Shown piece after piece: positions 34,464-42,996 of a stretch of DNA of 64,000 nucleotides. The stretch comes from a virus: positions 69,463 to 133,462 of IMG/VR virus record IMGVR_UViG_3300035660_000002. One strand, given 5' to 3'. The notes beneath the pieces were generated by a model. That model did not search any database. It worked only from the letters and a program-made list of their open reading frames with translations, and was not told where the DNA came from. Made by a program: the position numbers and the translations under genes. Numbering within the stretch: position 1 is the first letter of the stretch; the number at the start of each line of letters is the position of its first letter.

Positions 34464-35167
34464 TTCACTCTTCTCTCTATGGCCCCACTTACATCAGTAA
34501 TATACTTAAACAATATCTCCCTATCAATCTCACAGTAGTCAACCTTGATATAGAAATACAGCTTCATTCTGTTAAACATATAATCGGTATAACTCACATT
34601 GTAGGCTACCTTGAAGGGCCCTACTGGAAAATTATACTTTGGGTATACTTCAGTGAACGCTTCGTCCAATAGTTTAAGTATCTTAGGTTCAATTCCTCTC
34701 TTGTATACCCTGAAGCTCACATACAGACATCTCTGACCGTGACCATCGCATGAAGCGAATGTTCTAACGTGCTTAATCCTATTAACAGCATCGACGAGAG
34801 GCTTTACGCCTCGGTCGATACTGAACGTGTGCCTAAAGGGACCAGCGTGGCACTCTCCTGATACAGAGTTTCTCTTTGGAACCTTGATATCAGGATACTT
34901 GGCCATCAGGTCTTCGTCACTCTGTTCCAAGAAATACTTTGGTTTTATCATTGCTATCATCTTGGGAACATCAAGAGAGCTTATGGCATCAGCGAACACT
35001 ACATCTCCCTTACGATCTATCCTCTTCAATAGTTTAGATTCAACGAAAGAGATATCACCGACTTTGAACAGAAATTCATTGAACTCTCTGCTCATAGTCT
35101 TGACATCTATCATATGTTCCTTATCCTCAATGAAAAGGATTAGGTTGAACCAAACTTGGTACTTCAT
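34460..35167 (-). CDS. Protein with TYW3-like ID..(V/I)..LV...N......T..SC.GH domain
   Basis: SIDRGVKPLVDAVNRIKHVRTFASCDGH motif; N-terminal 100 aa unassigned. Confidence 0.5.
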   Translation of the reverse strand: MKYQVWFNLILFIEDKEHMIDVKTMSREFNEFLFKVGDISFVESKLLKRIDRKGDVVFADAISSLDVPKMIAMIKPKYFLEQSDEDLMAKYPDIKVPKRNSVSGECHAGPFRHTFSIDRGVKPLVDAVNRIKHVRTFASCDGHGQRCLYVSFRVYKRGIEPKILKLLDEAFTEVYPKYNFPVGPFKVAYNVSYTDYMFNRMKLYFYIKVDYCEIDREILFKYITDVSGAIERRVK

Positions 35168-36510
35168 TTAGACGTACTTTCCTTCTCCTCTTTTGAAACC
35201 GTTATTTCCGCAATTTTCTTCAGTAACGGAATGATTATCTCATTCTGGTGCCTGATCTCCGTTAACGTCTTGAGTAGCACATTCATACCCTGAATCATTA
35301 GATCTTCTGCATCTACCCCTAGCACCTTCGCACCCTTGCTCATGACTATCCCCCTTCTTTTGCTTGTTGGCGATTTGTAAACTGAAAATGCACTCAATGT
35401 GTTATTACACTCCTCAAAGAGCCTGTCAGAATATTTATTCACGAACTCTTGATTCATCCTGCAAAACTCGCAATACCCTGTTGTGGGTTTTGCCGCAGCT
35501 TTTCCCTCTAAGTACTTGTTTGTGGCAAAGCACCTAACACAGGTATACGAGGTGCATTTCATGCAATCCTTGTTAGAGAAGTGCACTGCCTTTATCTCCT
35601 TTAGTTTATCGTTATTAGGATCTACCCAACTCTGTACGTCTCCTAATTTATAGTCAAAGTGTTTACGGTACGCTATAAAACGATGACAGGGATATATCTC
35701 ACCATCTACAGTTACCCCTACCATCTGATCTCCCGCATGACACCCTTTGTAGTCACCCGGACTATAACAACCTACTCTCCTCTCATTCGCTTCAATAAGC
35801 GGAGAATTGAGGAGACTCAAGAACTTAACCGGTGTTGTCTTTAACTGCTCGAAGAACAATTTGTATATTTTCTCAAGTTGCTCCTTGGCTTTGTCCAAAA
35901 CTGGATTCCAATCCTCCTCTATAATTGGCGTCATTTGAACTACATCAGCCATATCAGAAAGAGCGACATAATCATCATAGAATTTGTCCACCCGAGAGGG
36001 TAACAGGGTTTCTCTCACCTGTATGTCGGGAATTATACTGCGAAACTTTTTTATATTACCGGCAATAAGCTTAAAAGAATCCTGACCTCCGATCATAGGT
36101 CTACTTTGATTGTGTGATTCTTCACAACCATCCACACTTATCTGAAGCTTTAACCTATGCCCCATCGAGGCTTTATACCTACCAAGGAATTCGTGAATAT
36201 CCTCATTCCACACAGTACCATTCGATAGAATATATATTGAGAATACTATCCCTTTCTTGCGCAGACCCTCTACGTATTCAAAGGTGTTCTTCATTACCTC
36301 CCAATTTAGGAAGGGTTCACCACCAAAGAAATTGATATTGAAGTGCGAACCAAGATTGGCCTGATGTCCTGGCTCATAATGCGCCACCATCTGGTCTATA
36401 AGCTTCTCCATAGTTCCCCATTCCATATCACCTGTTCGGTCTTGTTCGTAACAATAAGAGCAATTCAGGTTGCACCTATTTGTTATCAGAACGTACACAC
36501 TACTGATCAT
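35164..36510 (-). CDS. Radical SAM/SPASM peptide-maturase-like enzyme (anSME/ranthipeptide maturase clade)
   Basis: CNLNCSYC; FFGGEPFLN; QISVDG; full SPASM CHAG...VDGEIYPCHRF...CMKC...CVRC...YCEFC. Confidence 0.9.
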   Translation of the reverse strand: MISSVYVLITNRCNLNCSYCYEQDRTGDMEWGTMEKLIDQMVAHYEPGHQANLGSHFNINFFGGEPFLNWEVMKNTFEYVEGLRKKGIVFSIYILSNGTVWNEDIHEFLGRYKASMGHRLKLQISVDGCEESHNQSRPMIGGQDSFKLIAGNIKKFRSIIPDIQVRETLLPSRVDKFYDDYVALSDMADVVQMTPIIEEDWNPVLDKAKEQLEKIYKLFFEQLKTTPVKFLSLLNSPLIEANERRVGCYSPGDYKGCHAGDQMVGVTVDGEIYPCHRFIAYRKHFDYKLGDVQSWVDPNNDKLKEIKAVHFSNKDCMKCTSYTCVRCFATNKYLEGKAAAKPTTGYCEFCRMNQEFVNKYSDRLFEECNNTLSAFSVYKSPTSKRRGIVMSKGAKVLGVDAEDLMIQGMNVLLKTLTEIRHQNEIIIPLLKKIAEITVSKEEKESTSK

Positions 36511-36532
36511 GACTGTTACCTCCCCTTTTTAA

Positions 36533-37054
36533 TCATAGCTTTAACATGCTTAGATCTGGATATAGGTTTTGCACATCCGGCATCTCCCGCATAGTTGCAA
36601 GTATCTTAAGCCCTCTAGCAGCCTTGTCTGGATAAAACTCAACCCTTTTCTCTACCCTAGCTTTTTTAAACCATTGAACATCCTCGACATCGTCACAAAG
36701 AATCATTCCTCCCCTACCTATATAGATTGACCCTCTTGGCTGTGCAAATGATATACAGAAGTATGTGCCTGGAATATACATATCCTTCTTGAATCGCAAA
36801 GCACAATCATAAATAGGGTACGGTTTCAATTGATAGCAGCCTGACCACTCTCTATCTTCAAATGCTACCGAACCTCCTGCATCCATAATAGCGTAGCAAA
36901 TTTTCACTGTGGTCTTTTTTGGTATAACTACCTTCCCAACACTTAAATGTGAGCAGCACAAACCAATAGCACTTGCTCCTGTGTTGGTAGCTACACCATA
37001 CTTGGCACCAGCATACTTAGCTGTTATATTCTCAAATTCTTCTACTAAATTCAT
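36533..37054 (-). CDS. Short DegT/DnrJ/EryC1/StrS aminotransferase-like protein
   Basis: FENITAKYAGAKYGVATNTGASAIGL...IYDCALRF...CISF...IGRGGMIL; only 173 aa; the usual PLP lysine after SF is not evident. Confidence 0.7.
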   Translation of the reverse strand: MNLVEEFENITAKYAGAKYGVATNTGASAIGLCCSHLSVGKVVIPKKTTVKICYAIMDAGGSVAFEDREWSGCYQLKPYPIYDCALRFKKDMYIPGTYFCISFAQPRGSIYIGRGGMILCDDVEDVQWFKKARVEKRVEFYPDKAARGLKILATMREMPDVQNLYPDLSMLKL

Positions 37055-38034
37055 TACTTACCCTTTAATACGTTTATGTTCAATGGATTCTTGAAGTAAT
37101 TTAACTGAGTAGCAAATGGTCTCGTCTTGCCTTCGAGCACTTTTTTATCGGCTTCTGCTAATGGTATAATGTTATTAAATGCCACCCAATCCTCCTCCAA
37201 CTGAGGTAAACCATTACACCCCAATAATACCACATCTGGGTTATATGACGCGACATAGTTCAGACAATCCTGATATATCTGAAAAACCTCTAAGGCACCT
37301 TCCTCCTTCTTATAACCACACTTCGGACACACCCATTTAGCAGTAACCGGCTTAGTCAAGTACGCTACCCTGTCAAGTGGTGTTCTTACACAAGTTGGGC
37401 ACTCTGGATGTCCTGAATCTAGAGACTTGCCAAACTTTTTGGCGAGTCCATCCGTAATATTCCTGAAATATGGTAAAACCTGATCCTGACTTTTCCCTCT
37501 CATGAAAACCTGCATGGCAATCAGCTTCGTTTTTGTCCTATCAATATTAGGTAACACCTCCATTATAAATGATGATTGATGCTTGTCCGCAATATTCATC
37601 GTCATCATTGCATAATCGAATGTATACACCTTCAGAACGTCCCTAAGTAAAAATGGGTCTCTGTTACAGGTAATCCCCACATACTTTACCTTTCCACTCT
37701 TCTTGGCGGCATCCAACGCTGGTAGAATTTTTATATCGTACGGCGTTGCTAAATCGTGTAAATTCCAGATGTCTACGTAATCTGTCCGCAGCTCTCTAAG
37801 ACTACGCTCCAGCAAAGCCAATGCCTGAGCTGGATCCCTGTAGTGGGATTTAGTCGAAATAACAACCTCGTTTCTGGGTATACCAGACAATTTTAATGCT
37901 TCACCAAATAAACCCTCATTCCTTCCATTGCTATACAGAGGTGCTGTGTCAAAAAACCGGACACCCAATTCAAATGCCCTCTTCATAACAGGTGGATTAT
38001 TTCCAGCTTTTTCAAGTCCAAGTCCAAATATCAT
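37054..38034 (-). CDS. Aldo/keto reductase with an inserted CxxC...CxxC zinc-ribbon
   Basis: GVRFFDTAPLYSNGRNE; VISTK; LRTDYVDIWNLH; GKVKYVGIT; insert CPTC...CPKCG. Confidence 0.85.
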   Translation of the reverse strand: MIFGLGLEKAGNNPPVMKRAFELGVRFFDTAPLYSNGRNEGLFGEALKLSGIPRNEVVISTKSHYRDPAQALALLERSLRELRTDYVDIWNLHDLATPYDIKILPALDAAKKSGKVKYVGITCNRDPFLLRDVLKVYTFDYAMMTMNIADKHQSSFIMEVLPNIDRTKTKLIAMQVFMRGKSQDQVLPYFRNITDGLAKKFGKSLDSGHPECPTCVRTPLDRVAYLTKPVTAKWVCPKCGYKKEEGALEVFQIYQDCLNYVASYNPDVVLLGCNGLPQLEEDWVAFNNIIPLAEADKKVLEGKTRPFATQLNYFKNPLNINVLKGK

Positions 38035-38046
38035 TTTATCCTCCTC

Positions 38047-38670
38047 TTATCCGCAAGTCGCACAGTCGCATGTGCATGTGCACTCACAAGTGCAACCACA
38101 CGTTCCCGTACAAGTGCATGTGCATGTGCACTCACAATTGCATGTCACGCTGTGAGTATGCAACGTTAGATGCTGTAAGAAAGTCCTTAACTGCTGCCAC
38201 GCACTTGCCGATTCCAGAGTTGAGTCCACCACTACGGGATCGACTACGAACGGCAACGCCTGCGTATAGTAAGTTGACCACTCTGCCGTTACCCCCTCGT
38301 TACTAAAAGCGGGAAAATTGTGCCTATGACCACCAGTTCCTACACCTTCAAAATCTTTGATAAACCCTATCAACTCATTAAGATGTGCTACACGAATTTT
38401 TGTTGCCTCTGCTATTATGACGGGATCAGTAAATGCTATCACTATGTTAGGATTTTCCTGACCTGAATTTACCGACGATGCGGGATATACCCTTGGCCCA
38501 GCGGTGTGCTTATGTAAGTGTGCATCAATTAGAACAGTTCTTAACTGATCGGCATGCTCTTTTTTAAGAGGCATATCGTCAGCACCCAAGGGGTCGTTAG
38601 TCCACGAATACGTCAGAGGACTCCCATCTGCTTTCTTTGGTGTTGTCGTAGTATAAGTTGCTGTTGGCAT
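38047..38670 (-). CDS. Virion-type protein with a C-terminal (Cys-X)n tail; putative radical-SAM substrate
   Basis: Three helix+HxH units (HKH, HRH, HTH); last 31 aa CNCECTCTCTCTGTCGCTCECTCTCDCATCG contain 14 Cys. Confidence 0.7.
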   Translation of the reverse strand: MPTATYTTTTPKKADGSPLTYSWTNDPLGADDMPLKKEHADQLRTVLIDAHLHKHTAGPRVYPASSVNSGQENPNIVIAFTDPVIIAEATKIRVAHLNELIGFIKDFEGVGTGGHRHNFPAFSNEGVTAEWSTYYTQALPFVVDPVVVDSTLESASAWQQLRTFLQHLTLHTHSVTCNCECTCTCTCTGTCGCTCECTCTCDCATCG

Positions 38671-38710
38671 ACTAACCTCCTAATTTTACAATTCGTCCAC
38701 AGAATTGATC

Positions 38711-38914
38711 TTACGTTGCGTACTGTGCATTCTTTAGATTAAACCACCCATTCGCGTCGCATCCCGGCTCACCTATTCCTATGAAGATGTACATCTTTTT
38801 ATCCGTCGTGTTGTAAAATATCTCGTTCGAAAGAGGCTTCACTGGAAATGATGCGTCGCAGTATGGACGTGTTCTGAATCCATACGCCTTCTTCTGTCCG
38901 TATAATCCGTGCAT
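38711..38914 (-). CDS. Small virion-type protein, 67 aa; paralog of 28739-29062
   Basis: MYIFIGIGEPGCDANGWFNLKNAQYAT; RBS AAGGAGG. Confidence 0.65.
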   Translation of the reverse strand: MHGLYGQKKAYGFRTRPYCDASFPVKPLSNEIFYNTTDKKMYIFIGIGEPGCDANGWFNLKNAQYAT

Positions 38915-38940
38915 AATTCCTCCTTAGTCTATTATGTTTT

Positions 38941-39291
38941 TTAGCTCTCGGAGCCGAACACTGTACATGTCAGCTTTGAGCCGACATCAATCACCTGTAT
39001 GCTTTCCCCCACTGCAAGAGACAGGCCAGCAATCAGCACGTAGGACTCCCCCGGAGGTATCGTACCCTTCGCTATCACATTGTTCGCTCCTGCCGATTCG
39101 GCTGCTTTGCACGCATACAGCACAAACGTGTCACTAAGTGCGGCATCGTTATTACAAATAACTACACTTGAGATTACCGCTGATGTCGCCAGTCCCCCCA
39201 CACCGACCTCGTATGCGTTCAACAAAGCTCCAAGAGGCCGTCTTACCGGTATCGCCACTCCGCCTGTGTTATTCAATATTTTTAAACCCAT
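38941..39291 (-). CDS. Putative virion structural protein, 116 aa
   Basis: AVISSVVICN...TIPPGESYVLIAGLSLAVGESIQV...TVFGSE pattern, common in phage tail-associated proteins. Confidence 0.65.
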   Translation of the reverse strand: MGLKILNNTGGVAIPVRRPLGALLNAYEVGVGGLATSAVISSVVICNNDAALSDTFVLYACKAAESAGANNVIAKGTIPPGESYVLIAGLSLAVGESIQVIDVGSKLTCTVFGSES

Positions 39292-39317
39292 GCTATCCTC
39301 CTTTTATTTTATTGTTG

Positions 39318-40151
39318 TTAAGCTCCCATCATGAGAAATGCTGCTTCTATGCCTTGAATTCCTGCTCCTGCGCCCCCAAGGTTGATCCAAGGCCTCGCGT
39401 CTGTGATCAAGGCCTCTGTGATTACTGTCGTGGTCGTGCCGATCAGAACTTCAGCCAGCACTATCTTTCCTGTATGCACTGCAGGCACTGGTGATGGATC
39501 CGGCAGTCCTGCTGTTATTTGCAGGTTTCCAAGGCTATCGACCCACAGTATGTCGATACGAGGCTGTGCGCCTGCCGCTCCAAATGCAGGACTTTCCTGC
39601 GCCGGAACGTACAGTCTCGAGTCCCCATAGCTCACCCATCCGTTGCTTACGAACACTTTCATGGATGGAGTAGCTGTGGGCGCCACCTTCAAAAAGTCCC
39701 CCATGTTCGAAGGCACTGTTCTGGGCACAACGCTGCCTGATCCATAATCGATACTTATAAGGTTGCTCCACGAGTACACGCCAAAGCCAACTACGATGTC
39801 ATTAGGCAGAATGCAATTTGGAGGAGTGCCAGCAAGAGCAACAGACATTATATCCATGAACCAGTTTGTCAGCGGCTGCCATGTCCACCGAAGAATCACA
39901 TAGGGAGTGGCCGATGTGATCGCGATGTCTGCATCAACAGTTGTCGCTATCCGCGCCTGCTGCGTTCCGTCAGATATCATGCACACCAGAGGCTTCACTC
40001 GTATCGTAGTATTGTTTACGATCTCAAGCTCTCCCCCCTTGTAGATACCTACCGGGATGATATCCTCATTATGTTTGTCAAACTCATCTGAGTTCAGAGG
40101 GTCGTAATATGCCCACTGAATATCCTGTGTACCCCAATTTTGCTGGCCCAT
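39318..40151 (-). CDS. Tail fibre/baseplate-associated protein, 277 aa
   Basis: APTATPSMKVFVSNG...PRIDILWVD..G...I.AG...P.P..IVLAEV...I....ITDARP module typical of fibre N-termini. Confidence 0.6.
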   Translation of the reverse strand: MGQQNWGTQDIQWAYYDPLNSDEFDKHNEDIIPVGIYKGGELEIVNNTTIRVKPLVCMISDGTQQARIATTVDADIAITSATPYVILRWTWQPLTNWFMDIMSVALAGTPPNCILPNDIVVGFGVYSWSNLISIDYGSGSVVPRTVPSNMGDFLKVAPTATPSMKVFVSNGWVSYGDSRLYVPAQESPAFGAAGAQPRIDILWVDSLGNLQITAGLPDPSPVPAVHTGKIVLAEVLIGTTTTVITEALITDARPWINLGGAGAGIQGIEAAFLMMGA

Positions 40152-40162
40152 TTAAGTCCTCC

Positions 40163-42250
40163 TTATTGTTTCCTGAGTACATCCACGGTTATCTCATTTA
40201 TAGGCCCTGCTGGTTTGTCATACGAAGGAAAGAATGACAGCACCATCAAGCGTCCTGTGCCTGAATGGTATAGGCCTAGTTCACTCACATTTGTAAGCAC
40301 CTGACTTGTCGGCACTTTGATGTGGAATGTGATCTTCTCGTTTGTGATCTCATAAGATTCCACAGTGCCCACATACGGCACAGGATCCTCCAAATCCGTC
40401 ATGGCCGGGTCCGGTGTTCCTCCCTTGTTGCCTGTGCCTATCTTTACTATCGTGATGTCTTGTATCTTGGTGTTATCGCTCTGATCCATGAACAGTGCCA
40501 GCACGTCCGATTTGAACAGCACTTGCTGCCCTGCTCCCGGAGGAGCCGCGAACACTACAATTACTCTGCCTGTGACATAATCTATCGATCCTCCTACTAC
40601 TTCCCCTCCCGGACTTATCCATCCTCCCGTTCCGTTGTCGTGCGCGACTTCAAGATTGTCCAGCCATATGTGCACCTTATCGGCCCGTACCCTGGCCAGA
40701 GTTCCCTGATGCCACATGCCTGTCTCAGTGACCACCCAAGTAGCGGTAATGTAGAACGTATCTAATTTTACATAGGTGACCCAAGCTGTCCCGTTCCATC
40801 TGACTGTATTGTAACTTGCGTCTATGTACACAATGTCATTAGTCGAGGGAGCATACTCTGTAAATGCGGATCCTGTTCCTGTGTATATTCTATTTATCGT
40901 CCAGCCATTAGCTGTCGCCGTCGATAGGTATCTCACGCCAAGTGTCGGCGCGGGCAACACGGGCGTTGGATTGTAGACACTATCGACCTTAGCAAGCTGG
41001 TTAACCGTATCTGCGATTTTTGTAATTACATAATTCCCGTTATAGTTAGTGGTTCCTGTTATCCTGATCGTGCTGCCGTTTGCAAGCCCATTGTTAGGAC
41101 TTGTAACCCGAACCTTGCCAGGCACCACCGAACCGTAATCCGAAAACGCAGTAATATCCCCAGCCAATTGCATCAATTGAGGATTTGATGGTATTATGTC
41201 TGCTGAGTCAAACGTGTCCTCTACTATATCACCCGTTCCTATCAGCACATCCACTCCCGGCTGATCGAGGTACTTATCATCCAGCGCAGGCATGTCAAAG
41301 TACAGTGTCTCAAGTTCCCAGAAATTTGTTATGCATGTCTTAACTTGACTATCCGGTATTATGAATGGCAGGTAGTCCTCTTTGCACATGCAGTATAGAT
41401 TCAAGTAGAAATGGGGCACGGTGTTGACCGGAGTAAACTGCTCCATTATCTCTACTATTGATGGCCACAGTTCTGCGGCGAACAGCTTGTTGTATGTTCC
41501 CTGAAACATTATGAGCTTTGTCAGGTTTATTACAATGTCAAAGTGAGGAGATTTAAACCCTCCGCCGCCGTCAAATCTAAGATTTTCGTCAAAGTGCCAT
41601 CCGTCGTCGCTTCGCAGACTTGCCTCGGGGCTGAACCCCGGCACTACACCGCTATGCCAGTGAGGAATAAATCTTGTAAATGTTTGGTAGTCTCTTGTCC
41701 ATAGATCATACACCTGCACATTCAGACCTATTGTAAAGAATGCATAGTTGAGGACTTCATAGGTACCTTTGATCTTATAAATATCGACTGCCATTTTTAT
41801 CTGGCGCCGCAGTTCATCTGCAGTTGCGTATGTCTTGTTCTTAAGTCTGCATCCGATCAATGCTGCCAAATGACCTAGATACTTTCTAGGGCATGTGTCT
41901 ACATCTATCAAAAGTCCAAGGGTATCTATCCTGCAGGAAATTTCGTTTACTACACGCGATACTGAATCGAGATAATCTTTCATAGCCGGAGCGTTATGGA
42001 ACTTCTTCGGCATCATCTTAAGCAGATCCCAGTTGCTTGGGCACACTATTGTCTCAGCTTCAACAGTAGGCATAAAGTCGATGTGAACAGGCAACTCCAT
42101 CGTCTCAAGGTACATGGCATTGAATAACCCCATGAGCCATCGGCCCTCTTCCGTTATGGGCCTCAACCCCTGTCTGCGGCCTGTTTCCAGCACTCGGACA
42201 TTAGCATCGGGTCCGAATACTGCGCGGCCTGTCTCAGTGAATATCTGCAT
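40163..42250 (-). CDS. Baseplate wedge/tail protein I-like (P2 gpI-type) with accessory domains, 695 aa
   Basis: DVDTCPRKYLGHLAALIG...RRQIKMAVDIYKIKGTYEVL; DUF2793-like insert; C-term IVKIGTG...VSELGLY. Confidence 0.75.
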   Translation of the reverse strand: MQIFTETGRAVFGPDANVRVLETGRRQGLRPITEEGRWLMGLFNAMYLETMELPVHIDFMPTVEAETIVCPSNWDLLKMMPKKFHNAPAMKDYLDSVSRVVNEISCRIDTLGLLIDVDTCPRKYLGHLAALIGCRLKNKTYATADELRRQIKMAVDIYKIKGTYEVLNYAFFTIGLNVQVYDLWTRDYQTFTRFIPHWHSGVVPGFSPEASLRSDDGWHFDENLRFDGGGGFKSPHFDIVINLTKLIMFQGTYNKLFAAELWPSIVEIMEQFTPVNTVPHFYLNLYCMCKEDYLPFIIPDSQVKTCITNFWELETLYFDMPALDDKYLDQPGVDVLIGTGDIVEDTFDSADIIPSNPQLMQLAGDITAFSDYGSVVPGKVRVTSPNNGLANGSTIRITGTTNYNGNYVITKIADTVNQLAKVDSVYNPTPVLPAPTLGVRYLSTATANGWTINRIYTGTGSAFTEYAPSTNDIVYIDASYNTVRWNGTAWVTYVKLDTFYITATWVVTETGMWHQGTLARVRADKVHIWLDNLEVAHDNGTGGWISPGGEVVGGSIDYVTGRVIVVFAAPPGAGQQVLFKSDVLALFMDQSDNTKIQDITIVKIGTGNKGGTPDPAMTDLEDPVPYVGTVESYEITNEKITFHIKVPTSQVLTNVSELGLYHSGTGRLMVLSFFPSYDKPAGPINEITVDVLRKQ

Positions 42251-42253
42251 CGA

Positions 42254-42547
42254 CTATGTGTCCTTTGTTATAATACCATCCGCACCTATTCTTTGAGAAC
42301 TCACTGCCCTGTTGTATATCCGCAGGTACTGTGTTGATGCAAGATGTATATACATATTTGTCAGGAAATTCTTGCCCGCCTCTTCAAAAAAGGCCAGCTC
42401 ATTTCCTCCTCCGTCCACTAATTTCAGCTCTATATCGTTTTCATGAAATATGTTATGTATCACATATTCCCTACCTGCGATTGGAGCTACTTCCAGGTAG
42501 TTGGCTGCGTTCACATTCGCCATTGCGGTATAGACGTCTCCGACCAT
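42254..42547 (-). CDS. Putative virion protein, 97 aa
   Basis: ORF within the baseplate operon; RBS AAGGAGG. Confidence 0.55.
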   Translation of the reverse strand: MVGDVYTAMANVNAANYLEVAPIAGREYVIHNIFHENDIELKLVDGGGNELAFFEEAGKNFLTNMYIHLASTQYLRIYNRAVSSQRIGADGIITKDT

Positions 42548-42561
42548 GTAATCCTCCTTAC

Positions 42562-42984
42562 TTACGTTATAGTTATTCTGGGAGTTATCCTAACCTTGTC
42601 GCCGTAATACAGCAAATCTATCGGCGCCGAGAACAGATTCATTGCTATCAGCTTTCCCGCCGCGTCTCCCGCCGGGTTAGGGGATGTCGTTATAAAACAT
42701 CCGTATATAGTTCCAAGTGACTCTAGTATCACTTCAAACTCTTCATCCGGGTACACTGACACTTCTCCATACACATTCCAATTGGCCGGAGACAAAGGCA
42801 GTCTTATGTAGTCAGATGCTACTGGTTCCACGATCGATGCAAGTGTCGCATTGTTCAAATTTCCAGAAGGTAAGTTGTTTGTAAAGAGCCCTAAGTATAA
42901 AACAGGATGCTGCGACTTATTCTGGAGAAATATCTCTGCCACGTCTTGTGACCCTTGTACAACCCATTCGCCTATAGCTGGCAT
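42562..42984 (-). CDS. Phage tail-fibre attachment-type protein, 140 aa
   Basis: LYLGLFTN...YIRLPL...W...F...GTIYGCFI...GKLIA...I pattern. Confidence 0.6.
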   Translation of the reverse strand: MPAIGEWVVQGSQDVAEIFLQNKSQHPVLYLGLFTNNLPSGNLNNATLASIVEPVASDYIRLPLSPANWNVYGEVSVYPDEEFEVILESLGTIYGCFITTSPNPAGDAAGKLIAMNLFSAPIDLLYYGDKVRITPRITIT

Positions 42985-42996
42985 ATTTCAAGTCTC

